A stretch of 64,000 nt of DNA from Eledone cirrhosa (taxonomy: Eukaryota): positions 25,048,001-25,112,000 of the forward strand of contig OZ024758.1 of the NCBI GenBank assembly GCA_964016885.1, read 5' to 3'. This document shows positions 24,439 through 37,000 of the stretch, in pieces. A program made the translations under genes and the position numbers. Under the pieces are notes generated by a model. That model saw only the letters and a program-made list of their open reading frames with translations. It made no database searches and was not told where the DNA came from. Each line of letters begins with the position of its first letter. Positions within the stretch are counted from its first letter, which is position 1.

Positions 24439-25885
24439 TACTAGCTGAGGTACCCGGTAATACCTGGGAGCTGGGGTATTCCCAGTTCCCATTAAAATGC
24501 CCAATACCTCTCAGACCAAAAATGAAATCAAAATATAGGACAGATAATGACAAGCGAAGACAAATTCATTTATGAAACAAACAAATATTGTTGATTGCAT
24601 TGGTCAGGTGAAAAAATGTTTGTCAGAGAAGTTGAGTGTTGCTATAAGGAAAAAAATAGATCCCCCATTAGGGTGTCTTGATATTATTGAAATTTGCTGA
24701 AATTTTGTCATTTTGAAATATCTTGTCATTTACCTATGGTTTAAATTTCATATAAATCGAAGTGAAAAAATTTTCAGCGGGGGTTTCGTGCCCCTGGGGA
24801 ACCCTTTGATTAAAATGAAATATACTTATCCAAGTACCCTGGGCAATGTAGTTTCAGAATATATAGGATTATGTGGGTCTATCTCCAAAACCATAGGAGG
24901 AGTTTGTGAAATCTTGTTCCATTTATTGGCCAAAATTTTCACAATAGGGTGTCTTAATATTATTGAAATATTGTCATTTTCCTATGGTTTAAATTTCATA
25001 TACAGGGTGGTCCAAAAAGATGTATCCATTTTTGATAAAGTAGCATTTTCTATTGAAAGGAAAACTTTACAATTTTTTTTCATAGACCTGTCTTACAGAC
25101 ATGTAAGTTTTGTGTGGTGTAAGTTTTTTCCTCGCATACCACCATTTTGCGAGCACAGCTCAATAGTTTGTGATGTGATTTTCTGTCCTGACTGACCGTG
25201 GCCGGCCACTGCGACCTTTAATGTTATCCTGTACACTTCCCTTCTCCCTGAATTTGTCCAGGAGGCGCTTTATTGTGAGTCTAGTTGTCCAAACTCAACG
25301 ACTATTCGGAGGGACTTTCCAGGGAGAAACGCTCCAACTAGACTCACAATAAAGCGCCTCCTGGACAAATTCAGGGAGAAGGGGAGTGTACAGGATAACA
25401 TTAAAGGTCGCAGTGGCCGGCCACGGTCAGTCAGGACAGAAAATCACATCACAAACTTCAATGTGCAAGTAGCCACAGTGACTCAGCTCCAAGGGGCTTG
25501 GATCGAGCACATTACAAACTATTGAGCTGTGCTCGCAAAATGGTGGTATGCGAGGAAAAAACTTACACCACACAAAACTTACATGTCTGTAAGACAGGTC
25601 TATGAAAAAAAAAATTGTAAAGTTTTCCTTTCAATAGAAAATGCTACATCTTTTTGGATGACACTATAAATCGAAGGGAAAAATTAAGCGGGGGTTTTCA
25701 GCCGGGTTTGAGCCCCCGAGGAACCCTTTGATTAAAATGAAATATAAGAAATCAAATGGGTATAAGCCTCACACATGTGTCATCAAATGGGTATGAGCTC
25801 CACACAAGTTTCATCAAGATCGGTTTGGTAGTTTTTGAGTTTTAGGTTCATACAAACAAACAGAAATTGCCATTTATGTATATAG

Positions 25886-25887
<2 letters not shown>
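24439..25887 (+). mobile_element. Non-autonomous Helentron/DINE-like element with internal ~280-bp tandem repeats
   Basis: Start ACTAGCTGAGGTACCCGG..CCTGGG; end AAGTTTCATCAAGATCGG...ACAAACAAACAGAAATTGCCATTTATGTATATAGAT; internal unit repeated at ~24669 and ~24943 (second split by a Tc1 insertion). The family call is from terminal resemblance only. Confidence 0.55.
25001..25667. mobile_element. Fold-back Tc1/mariner derivative nested at a TA
   Basis: TACAGGGTGGTCCAAAAAGATGTA / TACATCTTTTTGGATGACACTATA termini; arms ~285 bp; transposase N-terminal remnant IRRDFPGRNAPTRLTIKRLLDKFREKGSVQDNIKGRSGRPRSVRTENHI (+, ~25304-25450). Confidence 0.85.
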
Positions 25888-25948
<61 letters not shown>

Positions 25949-26025
25949 CTTGTGTGTGTGTGTGTGTGTGTGTGTGTGCTTGTGTGTGTGTGCTTGTGTG
26001 CTTGTGTGTGTATATGTGTGTGTGT
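25888..26025. repeat. (TG)n microsatellite
   Basis: Direct inspection. Confidence 0.95.
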
Positions 26026-26322
26026 AACTGTATAATAGCTAAAACAGTAAAAGTGTGTACTCATTCTCTTCTAGTAATGAGTGTAAATTGTGGTAAAATC
26101 TTATTTAATGAGATCAAATGATTGATTACATATTTTTATCAAAAAGATGAAACATGACCAATTAACATTAGCTGAACAATACTATCCTGTTACTGTATTA
26201 AGTGTTCTGGCCAGAGGCTGAGGCGAGGCTGAGGCCATGCTGGGGCACCACCATTTATTATTAATTATTTAATCAACTGAGTACAAAGTGTTAACAGTTG
26301 GAATATACTAATATATTTTACT

Positions 26323-26497
26323 TTAACCCTTTAGCATTTAAACTCCTCTTTCTGTTCAAACCAGCCATAACCAGCTGATCATACTGATGTTACGGTATTG
26401 TTCTCAAAATAAATAATATCAAAATATCAGAGATATGATGTCCTTACTGTGCAAATATAATAGTAAATATAGAGTAATGTAAATGCTAAAGGGTTAA
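26323..26497 (+). mobile_element. piggyBac-type MITE, internally deleted
   Basis: TTAACCCTTTAGCATTTA...TAAATGCTAAAGGGTTAA. Confidence 0.85.
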
Positions 26498-26840
26498 GTT
26501 ACAGAAGTCAGTTATCTTAAATTAATATGATATAAGCTATAAGGAGACTATTATCAACTGAAACTAAGCCACAACTAAACAACTTATACTAGAATAGTCT
26601 GAAAATATTCCAGAAATAAGCTGCAATAAAAAAAAAAAAAATTAAAAAAAATTTTTTTTTTAAATGTCTTTTATCAAAAGCTCTTGAAAATTAAATAAAA
26701 CAAAAAATATATACCAACAAATAAAGATAAAAAAAAAGAAAGAAAGGATACAAACTATTCAAAACTGGTTTTAACTGTTTTTTTTTAATGCCCCCTCCTC
26801 TCCTTCTGATATTATAACATCATTAATGTCACCCCCAATC

Positions 26841-27040
26841 NNNNNNNNNNNNNNNNNNNNNNNNNNNNNNNNNNNNNNNNNNNNNNNNNNNNNNNNNNNN
26901 NNNNNNNNNNNNNNNNNNNNNNNNNNNNNNNNNNNNNNNNNNNNNNNNNNNNNNNNNNNNNNNNNNNNNNNNNNNNNNNNNNNNNNNNNNNNNNNNNNNN
27001 NNNNNNNNNNNNNNNNNNNNNNNNNNNNNNNNNNNNNNNN
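26841..27040. other. Assembly gap (200 N)
   Basis: Run of N; the round length suggests a scaffolding placeholder. Confidence 0.99.
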
Positions 27041-27085
27041 AGAATATGGAAGCAGCTTGTGCAAGAACCTAAATTGGTATACAAG

Positions 27086-27651
27086 GCATTTAAACCAGCC
27101 ATATCCGGTCAGAATTCTCTCACCCCTTTCTCTTCAAACCGGCCGTAACTGGCAACTCATACTGATGTTAAGGTATTGTTCTCAAATTAAATAACATCAA
27201 AATCTCAGATTCAATATTACGTGAGATAATTATGAGATAAAGCCTTTACCATGAAACTATAATTGTGTATATAGAGTAATGTAAATGCTAAAGGGTTAAA
27301 CCAGCCGTAAATGGCTGCTCATACTAATGTTAAGGTATTGTTCTCAAAATAAATAATATCAAAATATCATAAATTCGATATTATGTGAGATAATTATGAG
27401 ATAAGGCCTTTACCGTGAAAATACAATAGTATATATAGAGTAATGTAAATACTAAAGGGTTAAACTGGCCATATCCAGCCAGAATTCTCTCACCTCTTTC
27501 AGTTCAAACCAGCCATAACTATTGTTCTCAAAATCAATAATAGCATCATCAAAATTTCATAGATTCGATATTATGTGAGATATGTAAGGTAAAGCCTTTA
27601 CCACGAAAATTCAATAGTATACATAGAGTAAAGTAAATGCTAAAGCATTAA
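27086..27651 (+). mobile_element. Three tandem partial copies of the piggyBac-type MITE
   Basis: Right termini at ~27299, ~27463 and ~27651; left termini missing. Confidence 0.8.
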
Positions 27652-27760
27652 GAAATACATTAAAAAAAAAAAAAAACTATGATGATTTATAATGAAAGAA
27701 AAGAAAAGCATGCAATGGTTTTTTTTTATAAGAGTGAAAGAGAGGATTAAATTGCAGTAC

Positions 27761-28537
27761 CTGATCTACTCTGGCTACTTGATTGCCCACTAGAACTGTC
27801 AGATAAAGACTCATCACTGCTGCTGATGTCCGATGTACTGTCCGATTCTGAAAAACTGTTTGTTGGATCAATTCGGTACTGAGTAAAGCTGTTTTTTGGC
27901 AAAAGGTTTGAAGTGGAATCACCTGAATTTGACATATTAGAGTGTGGAGGGTCAGAGGTGACAGGCACAGCTCCTCTTTTCGGTGGTGATGGCTGGATGT
28001 CACGAACATTTACATTCCCCATGTTAGTTGAACAAGCTGCTCTTTTTCGTCCACTGCTTGTAGAAACCGGGCTGGTGACGCCACTGCTGGCTTTAGTGTT
28101 GCTGCTGCTGCTGCTGCTGTTGTTGTTGTTGTTACTGCTGTTGTTGCTGTTGCTACCGCCGCTATTTACATTTCCACTACCACTGGAACTACCAACCCTG
28201 TTGCCACCACTGCCACTGGTACCACAACCACTAGTTCCTTTGTTATTTGGTCCTGGGAATGATTGGGTGCTAATGTTTTCTGCAAGATCTTGTTGGCTTT
28301 TAAGGCGAGGAGGACGGCCCTTTCGCTGCGGTGTGCTCACCGCTGAAGGAGTCATTGTTTTATTTAACTTCTTAGTGAAGAGCACTGCAGTCCGTCGGTT
28401 GACTCCAGCAATGGGGGGAGCATGGGCAGTCGGATTTGGTGGAGTGACAGGAGTTGGTGAAGCTTTTGATTCACAACACTGGGCAGAAGTGGTGACAGTT
28501 TGAGATGTGTCATTAGAAGAAGTTTTAGAGTCCTCTC
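27761..28537 (-). CDS. BRPF1: Peregrin/BRPF1-family exon, Ser/Gly/Asn-rich linker upstream of PWWP
   Basis: 777 bp, acceptor TCCTATTTTTCAG, donor GTACTG, phase 1/1; motifs GVNRRTAVLFTKK and KNSFTQYRID resemble BRPF1 RRTSVLFSKK and KKSFLVYRND; G+CG joins 805-699 in frame. Confidence 0.88.
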
Positions 28538-29042
28538 CTGAAAAATAGGAAAGAAAGAAAAACAGCAATGTAATGAAGGAAACACCATTGTTTTCTTGGC
28601 TTATAGGCAAATATATAACAGAAAAATACTGTTGGAAATGGTATACAGAAGAGGGGAACGCGGGAGAGTATGGTAACAGTTAACAAGTCACAAAATGTAG
28701 CTTGTAGGATCATGTCATTAATCATTTGTTAACAAGAACTATGTAGAAAAAATAATAATTACCGAAAAAAGGTGTAAAAAAAAAAAAAAACTGGATACAA
28801 AAAAGGGTGATGATGTTAAGGGGGGGGGAGAAATATCATATTATCACTGAAGTTACTTAAACCAATCACACCTAACATTACCTATGGCTACTTGCTACTT
28901 CAGGACAGGTGATTTTTTTTTTTTTTTATGAGTCTCAGAGAAAAGAAAATGTTTGTTTTATTTGTATAGCTATTACTGTTAAAAATTAAAAAAAAAACAT
29001 TAAAAAGAATTAAACATCTAGTAAAAATAATTATTTATCTTT

Positions 29043-29043
29043 A

Positions 29044-29082
<39 letters not shown>

Positions 29083-29119
29083 CAGTAGTAGTAGTAGCAG
29101 CAGCAGCAGCAACAGCAAC
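29043..29119. repeat. (TAG)n(CAG)n microsatellite
   Basis: Direct inspection. Confidence 0.9.
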
Positions 29120-29623
29120 ATTTAGTGAAAAGGAAAAGAAGAAAATCTGAATAGATAATAAAATGCCAAGATTGAATGCCTTTGATTACAGGGAGGAGGG
29201 AGATGGAAGAGAAAATCTTCATTCTAATTTGATTGCTCTAGTGAGAGATCGTTATCCCTTTTTATGTTATGTTTTTCCTTAGGAAATAGGCAAGAATATT
29301 AACAACTATCCCAAAAGAAAGTGCGCCAGTAAACCAAGAAACTGAAATGGAGTGACCTAAACAAGAAAAAGAGTAAATTCCAAAAGCAACCAATCCTACA
29401 CCAATCTTCAGCTGTTGGGAGTAAGTTTTCCAATCACCGGCCATGCTGGACTTAATGAAAGAACAAGTCAATAAAAAAATTAACAAAAGAAAGAAGGTAA
29501 AAAAAAAATTTAAAAAAAAACAATCAAGACTTTCATCTTTTCAAATGATTCCTAGTAAAAATTAAATAAAATTTTAGATACCGAACTGCCTGAAACCAGC
29601 CCAGTTTCTAGGATAAAAAAAAA

Positions 29624-30022
29624 CCTTTAGCATTTAAACTGGCCATATCCAGCCAGAATTCTCTCACCCTTTCTTTCCAAACCAGCTGCTCATACTGATA
29701 TCAAGGTATTGTTCTCAAAACAAATAATATCAAAATCTCGTAGATTCAATGTAATTGTTTCTACTTTAGGCACAAGGCCAGCAATTACCCAGTATATTAC
29801 TGGTACTTTATTTTATCGACCCCCGTAAGGATGAAAGGCAAAGTCAACCTCGGCGGGATTTGAACTCAGATCGTAAAGGGACGTAACTATGCTGGAAAGC
29901 ATGGCGTCCAATCCTCTACCGATACTGCCAATTCACCAATGTGAGATAATTATGTGAGATAAAGCCTTTATCACAAAAATACAATAGTATATATAGAATA
30001 ACGTAAATGCTAAAAGGTTAAA
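29624..30022 (+). mobile_element. piggyBac-type MITE interrupted by a SINE
   Basis: CCTTTAGCATTTAAAC...TAAATGCTAAAAGGTTAA; the two halves rejoin across 29753-29937. Confidence 0.8.
29753..29937 (-). mobile_element. tRNA-derived SINE family B with Meta-like central domain
   Basis: Minus strand: TGGCAGTATCGG (A-box-like), GAGTTCAAATCCC (B box), GGTTGACTTTGCCTTTCATCCTTACGGGGGTCGATAAAATAAAGTACCAG; AATGT direct repeat on both sides. Confidence 0.8.
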
Positions 30023-30414
30023 ATGTTTATATTTATCTATAAGCTTTCCATCCTAATTTTATAGGAAACCCTTATTTAAGCTCCAAATACCAGCTTTATA
30101 ATGAGAAAGTTAGTTATATTAGTAAAATACCTCCTAATTCTTGGTTATTTTCAAAATTATTTGAAAATCATAGGCAATGTATTTTGTTAAAAATATGGTA
30201 AATGAAAGGATTAGTGAAGCAACTAATTACACTTTGATTTTCACCATCATTATTATCATTATTATTATTCCATAAAAGTTAGAAAAATTGAAATTTTCCA
30301 TAAGCGACATTTTATGGGAACAACTTTTCATAGAATATCGTTTAAATTTAGAATAATTTACATAAACCAAATTATTTGTGTAATTTGGAGAAACTGATCA
30401 AATGGATTCCTTGT

Positions 30415-30672
30415 TACAAGACATTTACAACTAAAATGTCTCAAGAAAGAATTGCTGGACAGATTTTACAGGCAAAACCAACCAGTAAGAGACCCAGGGG
30501 TAAACCCTGAGAAGTATGGTTGGATAACATCCATGAGCTTGGCTGGTCACGCTTGGGGATCAATCCAGCCAGAGCAGTTGGAGACGGTTGCTTCTGACAG
30601 GACCCACTGGAGGGAGTGTTTGAGGACTCTGCACCCACAACCTACTCAGGGATAAGTGGGCAAAGAAGAAGT
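30415..30672 (+). mobile_element. Degenerate 3' fragment of an RTE-like LINE
   Basis: Frameshifted remnants QILQAKPTSKRPRGKP..WLDNI and ETVASDRTHWRECL*, followed by (AAG)n. Confidence 0.65.
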
Positions 30673-30939
30673 AACCAAAAGAGAAAGGTAGTTTACTATG
30701 TAGTAAATGGTAAATAGCCCAATCTAACAAAGAACAAAAGTTACTAGAAAACAGGTTTCTCTATTTCACTCCAAGAAACAATACAGGAAGCTTTAGTGAA
30801 ATACTAATTTCTTTACAAATGGTCCAGAAAATCAGTATATCTACTACAAACTGTAAATGCAAACAAATTTGAATAAGAATATTTGGGAACTGGTTGATTT
30901 TAATTGAACTATATATATGTGTGTGTGTGTATATGTGAG

Positions 30940-31072
30940 TCCTGGGTTCAATTGGAGGGTAAACACAATAAGTAAGGTATTCAATACATTAGTATAGAGT
31001 GTATACAACAACATTTAATAGAGAAATGGCTTCTACAAGACTAGAACTGTTTCATTCTTTGAAGGAAATCAG
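30940..31072 (-). mobile_element. Degenerate copy of the 12732-12860 Penelope-like fragment
   Basis: Shares TAAGTAAGGTA.TCAATACATT and TTCTACA.GACTAGAACTGTTTCATTCTTT; the CTGATGA core is decayed. Confidence 0.65.
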
Positions 31073-31904
31073 CATGAACAATTCTAAAGTCTCTATTCCA
31101 TGAACTATGCTTTTGTTAAGTACTTTGTCAAAAGAGATTTGAGAGTCCAGTAAAACTGAGCAGATTTTAAAAAATCAGAAACTTAACTCACAGCATTTCT
31201 GAAACAAAAACAAAATATCTTCTAAAAACCAAATAACCTTTTCTTTATTCTTTTTATTTATTTAATTATTCTTCTTCTTATGTTTTTATATTTATTTTTT
31301 TTTTTTGTGGTTAGAATTTGCTAAGTTTTTTTTTGTCTGATGGAAAGAAAATAGTAAAGGGATGAAGAATGAAGTACAGTTGTCATTGAAAAGCAAAAGA
31401 GTTTGAGAAAAGATGTGAAGAAAAAAGTATGTCAGCATCAGCAGCAACTTTGAATGAAACAAGGCCTAGGAAAGATAGTCTTACTGAGCAAGTCAGCCAG
31501 TACAACAGTTAAAGAACTATGGGTGATATTAAAGGGAAAGAAGGGGTCAACAGTTGACCTTTGACTTCTCTGTTAAATATTAAAAAATTAAAAAAATAAA
31601 AAGAAAAAAAAAGGATTTTGTTCACAATGAAACTCATAGATTCAAATATATATTCTAATAAATATATTCATATATAAAAAATATATATATTCTAATAAAT
31701 ATAGTAATATATATATTCTAATAAATATATTAATATATATTTATGGGTTTTTTTTTTTTTCAAGGGGAAGGAACAGACTAAATTAAGATTGATCCCTATT
31801 AGAAATTGGTTTCTACCAACAGGAAGAAACTAGCAGTAAACAGTAAAAGAAAAATATGTTCAAATGCTTTGCATAAGAAAGAAAACCTTTTTTTCTAGTA
31901 GCAA

Positions 31905-31941
<37 letters not shown>

Positions 31942-32010
31942 TTTCAGATTATTTCAATCAAGGGTTTTGACAAACACTAAAGTCACTGTGTATACATAGG
32001 AATACATAAA

Positions 32011-32077
32011 ATGTGTGTATGTGTATATGTGTGTGTGTATATGTATATATATGTGAGTGTGTGTGTGTGTGTATATA

Positions 32078-32119
<42 letters not shown>

Positions 32120-32240
32120 AGTGTGTATGCATCCCAACTACTTTGTTTACATATATATGTATGTATGTATACATAAATACACACACACATACATACACAT
32201 ATTTACATACATAAATATATATATATATATATACACACAC

Positions 32241-32289
<49 letters not shown>

Positions 32290-32305
32290 CACACACACTC
32301 ACACA

Positions 32306-32339
<34 letters not shown>

Positions 32340-32442
32340 CACACATGTATCCATACATACATACATATACATACATACATATATATACAAGTTTATATAT
32401 ACATATACACACACACACAATTGTGTGTGTGTGTATATGTAT
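32011..32442. repeat. Compound (TG)n/(CA)n/(TACA)n microsatellite
   Basis: Direct inspection; TG-rich and CA-rich blocks alternate. Confidence 0.92.
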
Positions 32443-33569
32443 ATCTTGCCAGACACTAACCAAGAATTGATCAAATATTGTTAGACATAGATTTAAGTCA
32501 AGAAAAATTAATAGAAATTATCTGATATATGAAGTACTTCCAACCAACCAAAGTAATTCAATAGATATTTTTAATGTAAATAATAATCAAGTTGACTTCA
32601 TTTTACTTTTAATGACTAGCAGATATATAAGAAATTGGCACTAAGAAATCATTTCTTGGTCAGCTTTTATTGTGTTGTGAGTTAGTCTTTGTGAAGAAAC
32701 TAAAAAAAAAAAAATGGAATAAAAAAAAAATTAAAATGCTTCCTTGACACTAATTAATCTAATTACTTATGAAAACTAAGGCTGAATAAACATTTTTGAA
32801 AATATAATCAGTGATGACTATTAGATATTATATTTATTAAAAATGAAAACCTAATGGTTGTTTTGCTAAACACACTTCAATACAGGAAGGTGCATCGTGT
32901 TAACTAATATGGAAAAAAAAAAGTGAAATAACAATTCTTAAAAATATGATCACAAAGACTAGCTCTGCATGTACATAGAATTTTATATGAGAAGCAACAT
33001 AGGAATGCTTTTTCTTTTGACTTGGCAGAGACAATATGTATCCACATGCCAAACCTTGGCCTAAATTATGATGTTACACTGCAGATTGTCAACGAAGGCA
33101 AGATGTACATAACAAGCAGATGATTTATAAATAAGATAGAAACAGCATTGCAAAGTGTTAACTGCGGAAACACTTGGTAACTTTCAAATGTAAGGAGGGG
33201 AAAAAAAAAGAACAATTCTAAACATGATCACACAAGCTTTATTTCATGGACTCATACAAGATTTTGAAATAAAGTCAGGAAAGAGAGAATACAGAAGAGA
33301 CAAGAGTAGGTCTGCTCTTTCTTTCCTCTTAATTTTTATTTTTTTTTTTTATTATTATTATTATTTTTTTGGATGATATATTTTTTTTTCTTTTTTTTTT
33401 TTTTTTTTGTATTGAATTCTGTAACTGGATTCATCTGTAAGATCAGGCTTTTGCTGGTAAAATTAAGCCTGCAATACGTCTGTGACAGGTAAATATAGAG
33501 TAGGGAACAACCTGTCTTAGTAGTAGTACTTGTCAACACTTAGTCTACGAGGAGAAGCGGTATATTTAC

Positions 33570-33893
33570 CTAACTCCCGCCGGGAAGAACATACATCACT
33601 TTCAGATTCACTACGGCTGGTGCGTGCCCGTAATCTGCCTCGACCGCGACGACCTGCTGTAGGCTTAGTAGGTTTCAATGGCACTGAGGAAGTCTTTTCT
33701 GATGCAGTAGTTGCAGCTGATATAGGAGATGATGCAGGCGACTTGACCATAGAAGGTGAGTTGGGCTTGGATGAGGGTAGGGCAGGTACTATTGCCATGG
33801 AAGATGATGAGTCTGATCGTAAACATGTTTGGGAAGTTTGCTTAACTGATAATACAGGGGCACTTTCAGAACTTGCTGAGTGTCCTTCTGATG
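33570..33893 (-). CDS. BRPF1: Peregrin/BRPF1-family exon, Ser/Pro-rich linker
   Basis: 324 bp, acceptor GATTCTTTTTCAG, donor GTAAAT, phase 1/1; SEGHSASSESAPV...AGRRGRGRLRARTSRSESESDVCSSRREL; G+GA joins 28537 in frame; assignment rests on splice phase and position, not a domain. Confidence 0.75.
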
Positions 33894-34076
33894 CTGAAAA
33901 AGAATCAAACACAAGATAAAAGAACAAGTTTTTAAAAAATGTAAGATCAAACTGGAAAAGTTCACATATTTAATTAATGTTTAAATCTAAATTTACAATT
34001 GAAATCTATTATTGAATAACAAAATATATTCTATACTGTATAGGAATAACAATCTTTAAACAAAAATAAAGAACTA

Positions 34077-37000
34077 GAGGTTCTAAGCCAGACTATCCAA
34101 GGTTCTAAACCAGACTATCTGAGGTTCTAAGCCAGACTATCCAAGGTTCTAAGCCAGACTATCCAAGGTTCTAAGCCAGACTATCCAAGGTTCTAAGCCA
34201 GACTATCTGAGGTTCTAAGCCAGACTATCTGAGGTTCTAAGCCAGACTATCCAAGGTTCTAAGCCAGACTATCTGAGGTTCTAAGCCAGACTATCTGAGG
34301 TTCTAAGCCAGACTATCCAAGGTTCTAAGCCAGACTATCCGAGGTTCTAAGCCAGACTATCTGAGGTTCTAAGCCAGACTATCCGAGGTTCTAAGCCAGA
34401 CTATCTGAGGTTCTAAGCCAGACTATCCGAGGTTCTAAGCCAGACTATCCAAGGTTCTAAGCCAGACTATCTGAGGTTCTAAGCCAGACTATCCAAGGTT
34501 CTAAGCCAGACTATCCAAGGTTCTAAGCCAGACTATCTGAGGTTCTAAGCCAGACTATCCGAGGTTCTAAGCCAGACTATCCGAGGTTCTAAGTCAGACT
34601 ATCTGAGGTTCTAAGCCAGACTATCCAAGGTTCTAAGCCAGACTATCTGAGGTTCTAAGCCAGACTATCCAAGGTTCTAAGCCAGACTATCTGAGGTTCT
34701 AAGCCAGAATATCCAAGGTTCTAAGCCAGACTATCCAAGGTTCTAAGCCAGACTATCCAAGGTTCTAAGCCAGACTATCTGAGGTTCTAAGCCAGACTAT
34801 CCAAGGTTCTAAGCCAGACTATCTGAGGTTCTAAGCCAGACTATCCAAGGTTCTAAGTCAGACTATCTGAGGTTCTAAGCCAGACTATCCAAGGTTCTAA
34901 GCCAGACTATCTGAGGTTCTAAGCCAGACTATCCAAGGTTCTAAGCCAGACTATCCAAGGTTCTAAGCCAGACTATCTGAGGTTCTAAGCCAGACTATCC
35001 AAGGTTCTAAGCCAGACTATCTGAGGTTCTAAGCCAGACTATCCAAGGTTCTAAGTCAGACTATCTGAGGTTCTAAGCCAGACTATCCAAGGTTCTAAGC
35101 CAGACTATCTGAGGTTCTAAGCCAGACTATCCAAGGTTCTAAGCCAGACTATCCAAGGTTCTAAGCCAGACTATCTGAGGTTCTAAGCCAGACTATCTGA
35201 GGTTCTAAGCCAGACTATCTGAGGTTCTAAGCCAGACTATCTGAGGTTCTAAGCCAGACTATCTGAGGTTCTAAGCCAGACTATTCAAGGTTCTAAGCCA
35301 GACTATTCAAGGTTCTAAGCCAGACTATTCAAGGTTCTAAGCCAGACTATTCAAGGTTCTAAGTCAGACTATCTGAGGTTCTAAGCCAGACTATCTGAGG
35401 TTCTAAGCCAGACTATCTGAGGTTCTAAGCCAGACTATCTGAGGTTCTAAGCCAGACTATCCAAGGTTCTAAGCCAGACTATCTGAGGTTCTAAGCCAGA
35501 CTATCTGAGGTTCTAAGTCAGACTATCCAAGGTTCTAAGCCAGACTATCCAAGGTTCTAAGCCAGACTATCCAAGGTTCTAAGCCAGACTATCCAAGGTT
35601 CTAAGCCAGACTATCTGAGGTTCTAAGCCAGACTATCCAAGGTTCTAAGCCAGACTATCTGAGGTTCTAAGCCAGACTATCTGAGGTTCTAAGTCAGACT
35701 ATCCAAGGTTCTAAGCCAGACTATCCAAGGTTCTAAGCCAGACTATCCAAGGTTCTAAGCCAGACTATCTGAGGTTCTAAGCCAGACTATCCAAGGTTCT
35801 AAGCCAGACTATCTGACGTTCTAAGCCAGACTATCCAAGGTTCTAAGCCAGACTATCTGAGGTTCTAAGCCAGACTATTCAAGGTTCTAAGCCAGACTAT
35901 CTGAGGTTCTAAGCCAGACTATCCAAGGTTCTAAGCCAGACTATCTGAGGTTCTAAGCCAGACTATCCAAGGTTCTAAGCCAGACTATCCAAGGTTCTAA
36001 GCCAGACTATCTGAGGTTCTAAGCCAGACTATCTGAGGTTCTAAGTCAGACTATCCAAGGTTCTAAGCCAGACTATCCAAGGTTCTAAGCCAGACTATCC
36101 AAGGTTCTAAGCCAGACTATCCAAGGTTCTAAGCCAGACTATCTAAGGTTCTAAGCCAGACTATCTGAGGTTCTAAGCCAGACTATCTGAGGTTCTAAGT
36201 CAGACTATCCAAGGTTCTAAGCCAGACTATCCAAAGTTCTAAGCCAGACTATCCAAGGTTCTAAGCCAGACTATCCGAGGTTCTAAGCCAGACTATCCAA
36301 GGTTCTAAGCCAGACTATCCAAGGTTCTAAGCCAGACTATCCGAGGTTCTAAGCCAGACTATTCAAGGTTCTAAGCCAGACTATCTGAGGTTCTAAGCCA
36401 GACTATCCGAGGTTCTAAGCCAGACTATCCGAGGTTCTAAGCCAGACTATCCGAGGTTCTAAGCCAGACTATCCGAGGTTCTAAGCCAGACTATCTGAGG
36501 TTCTAAGCCGGAATATCTGAGGTTCTAAGCCAGACTATCCAAGGTTCTAAGCCAGACTATCCAAGGTTCTAAGCCAGACTATCTGAGGTTCTAAGCCAGA
36601 CTATCCGAGGTTCTAAGCCAGACTATTCAAGGTTCTAAGCCAGAATATCCAAGGTTCTAAGCCAGACTATCCGAGGTTCTAAGCCAGACTATTCAAGGTT
36701 CTAAGCCAGACTATCTGAGGTTCTAAGCCAGACTATCTGAGGTTCTAAGCCAGAATATCCAAGGTTCTAAGCCAGACTATCCGAGGTTCTAAGCCAGACT
36801 ATCTGAGGTTCTAAGCCAGACTATCTGAGGTTCTAAGCCAGACTATCCAAGGTTCTAAGCCAGACTATCCAAGGTTCTAAGCCAGACTATTCAAGGTTCT
36901 AAGCCAGACTATTCAAGGTTCTAAGCCAGACTATCTGAGGTTCTAAGCCAGACTATCCAAGGTTCTAAGCCAGACTATCCAAGGTTCTAAGCCAGAATAT

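Noticed and set aside
26771-27194. ORFs spanning the N run
   Set aside because: Artefacts of translating the gap.
27913-33919. Plus-strand ORFs 27913-28503 and 33530-33919
   Set aside because: Antisense shadows of the minus-strand exons.
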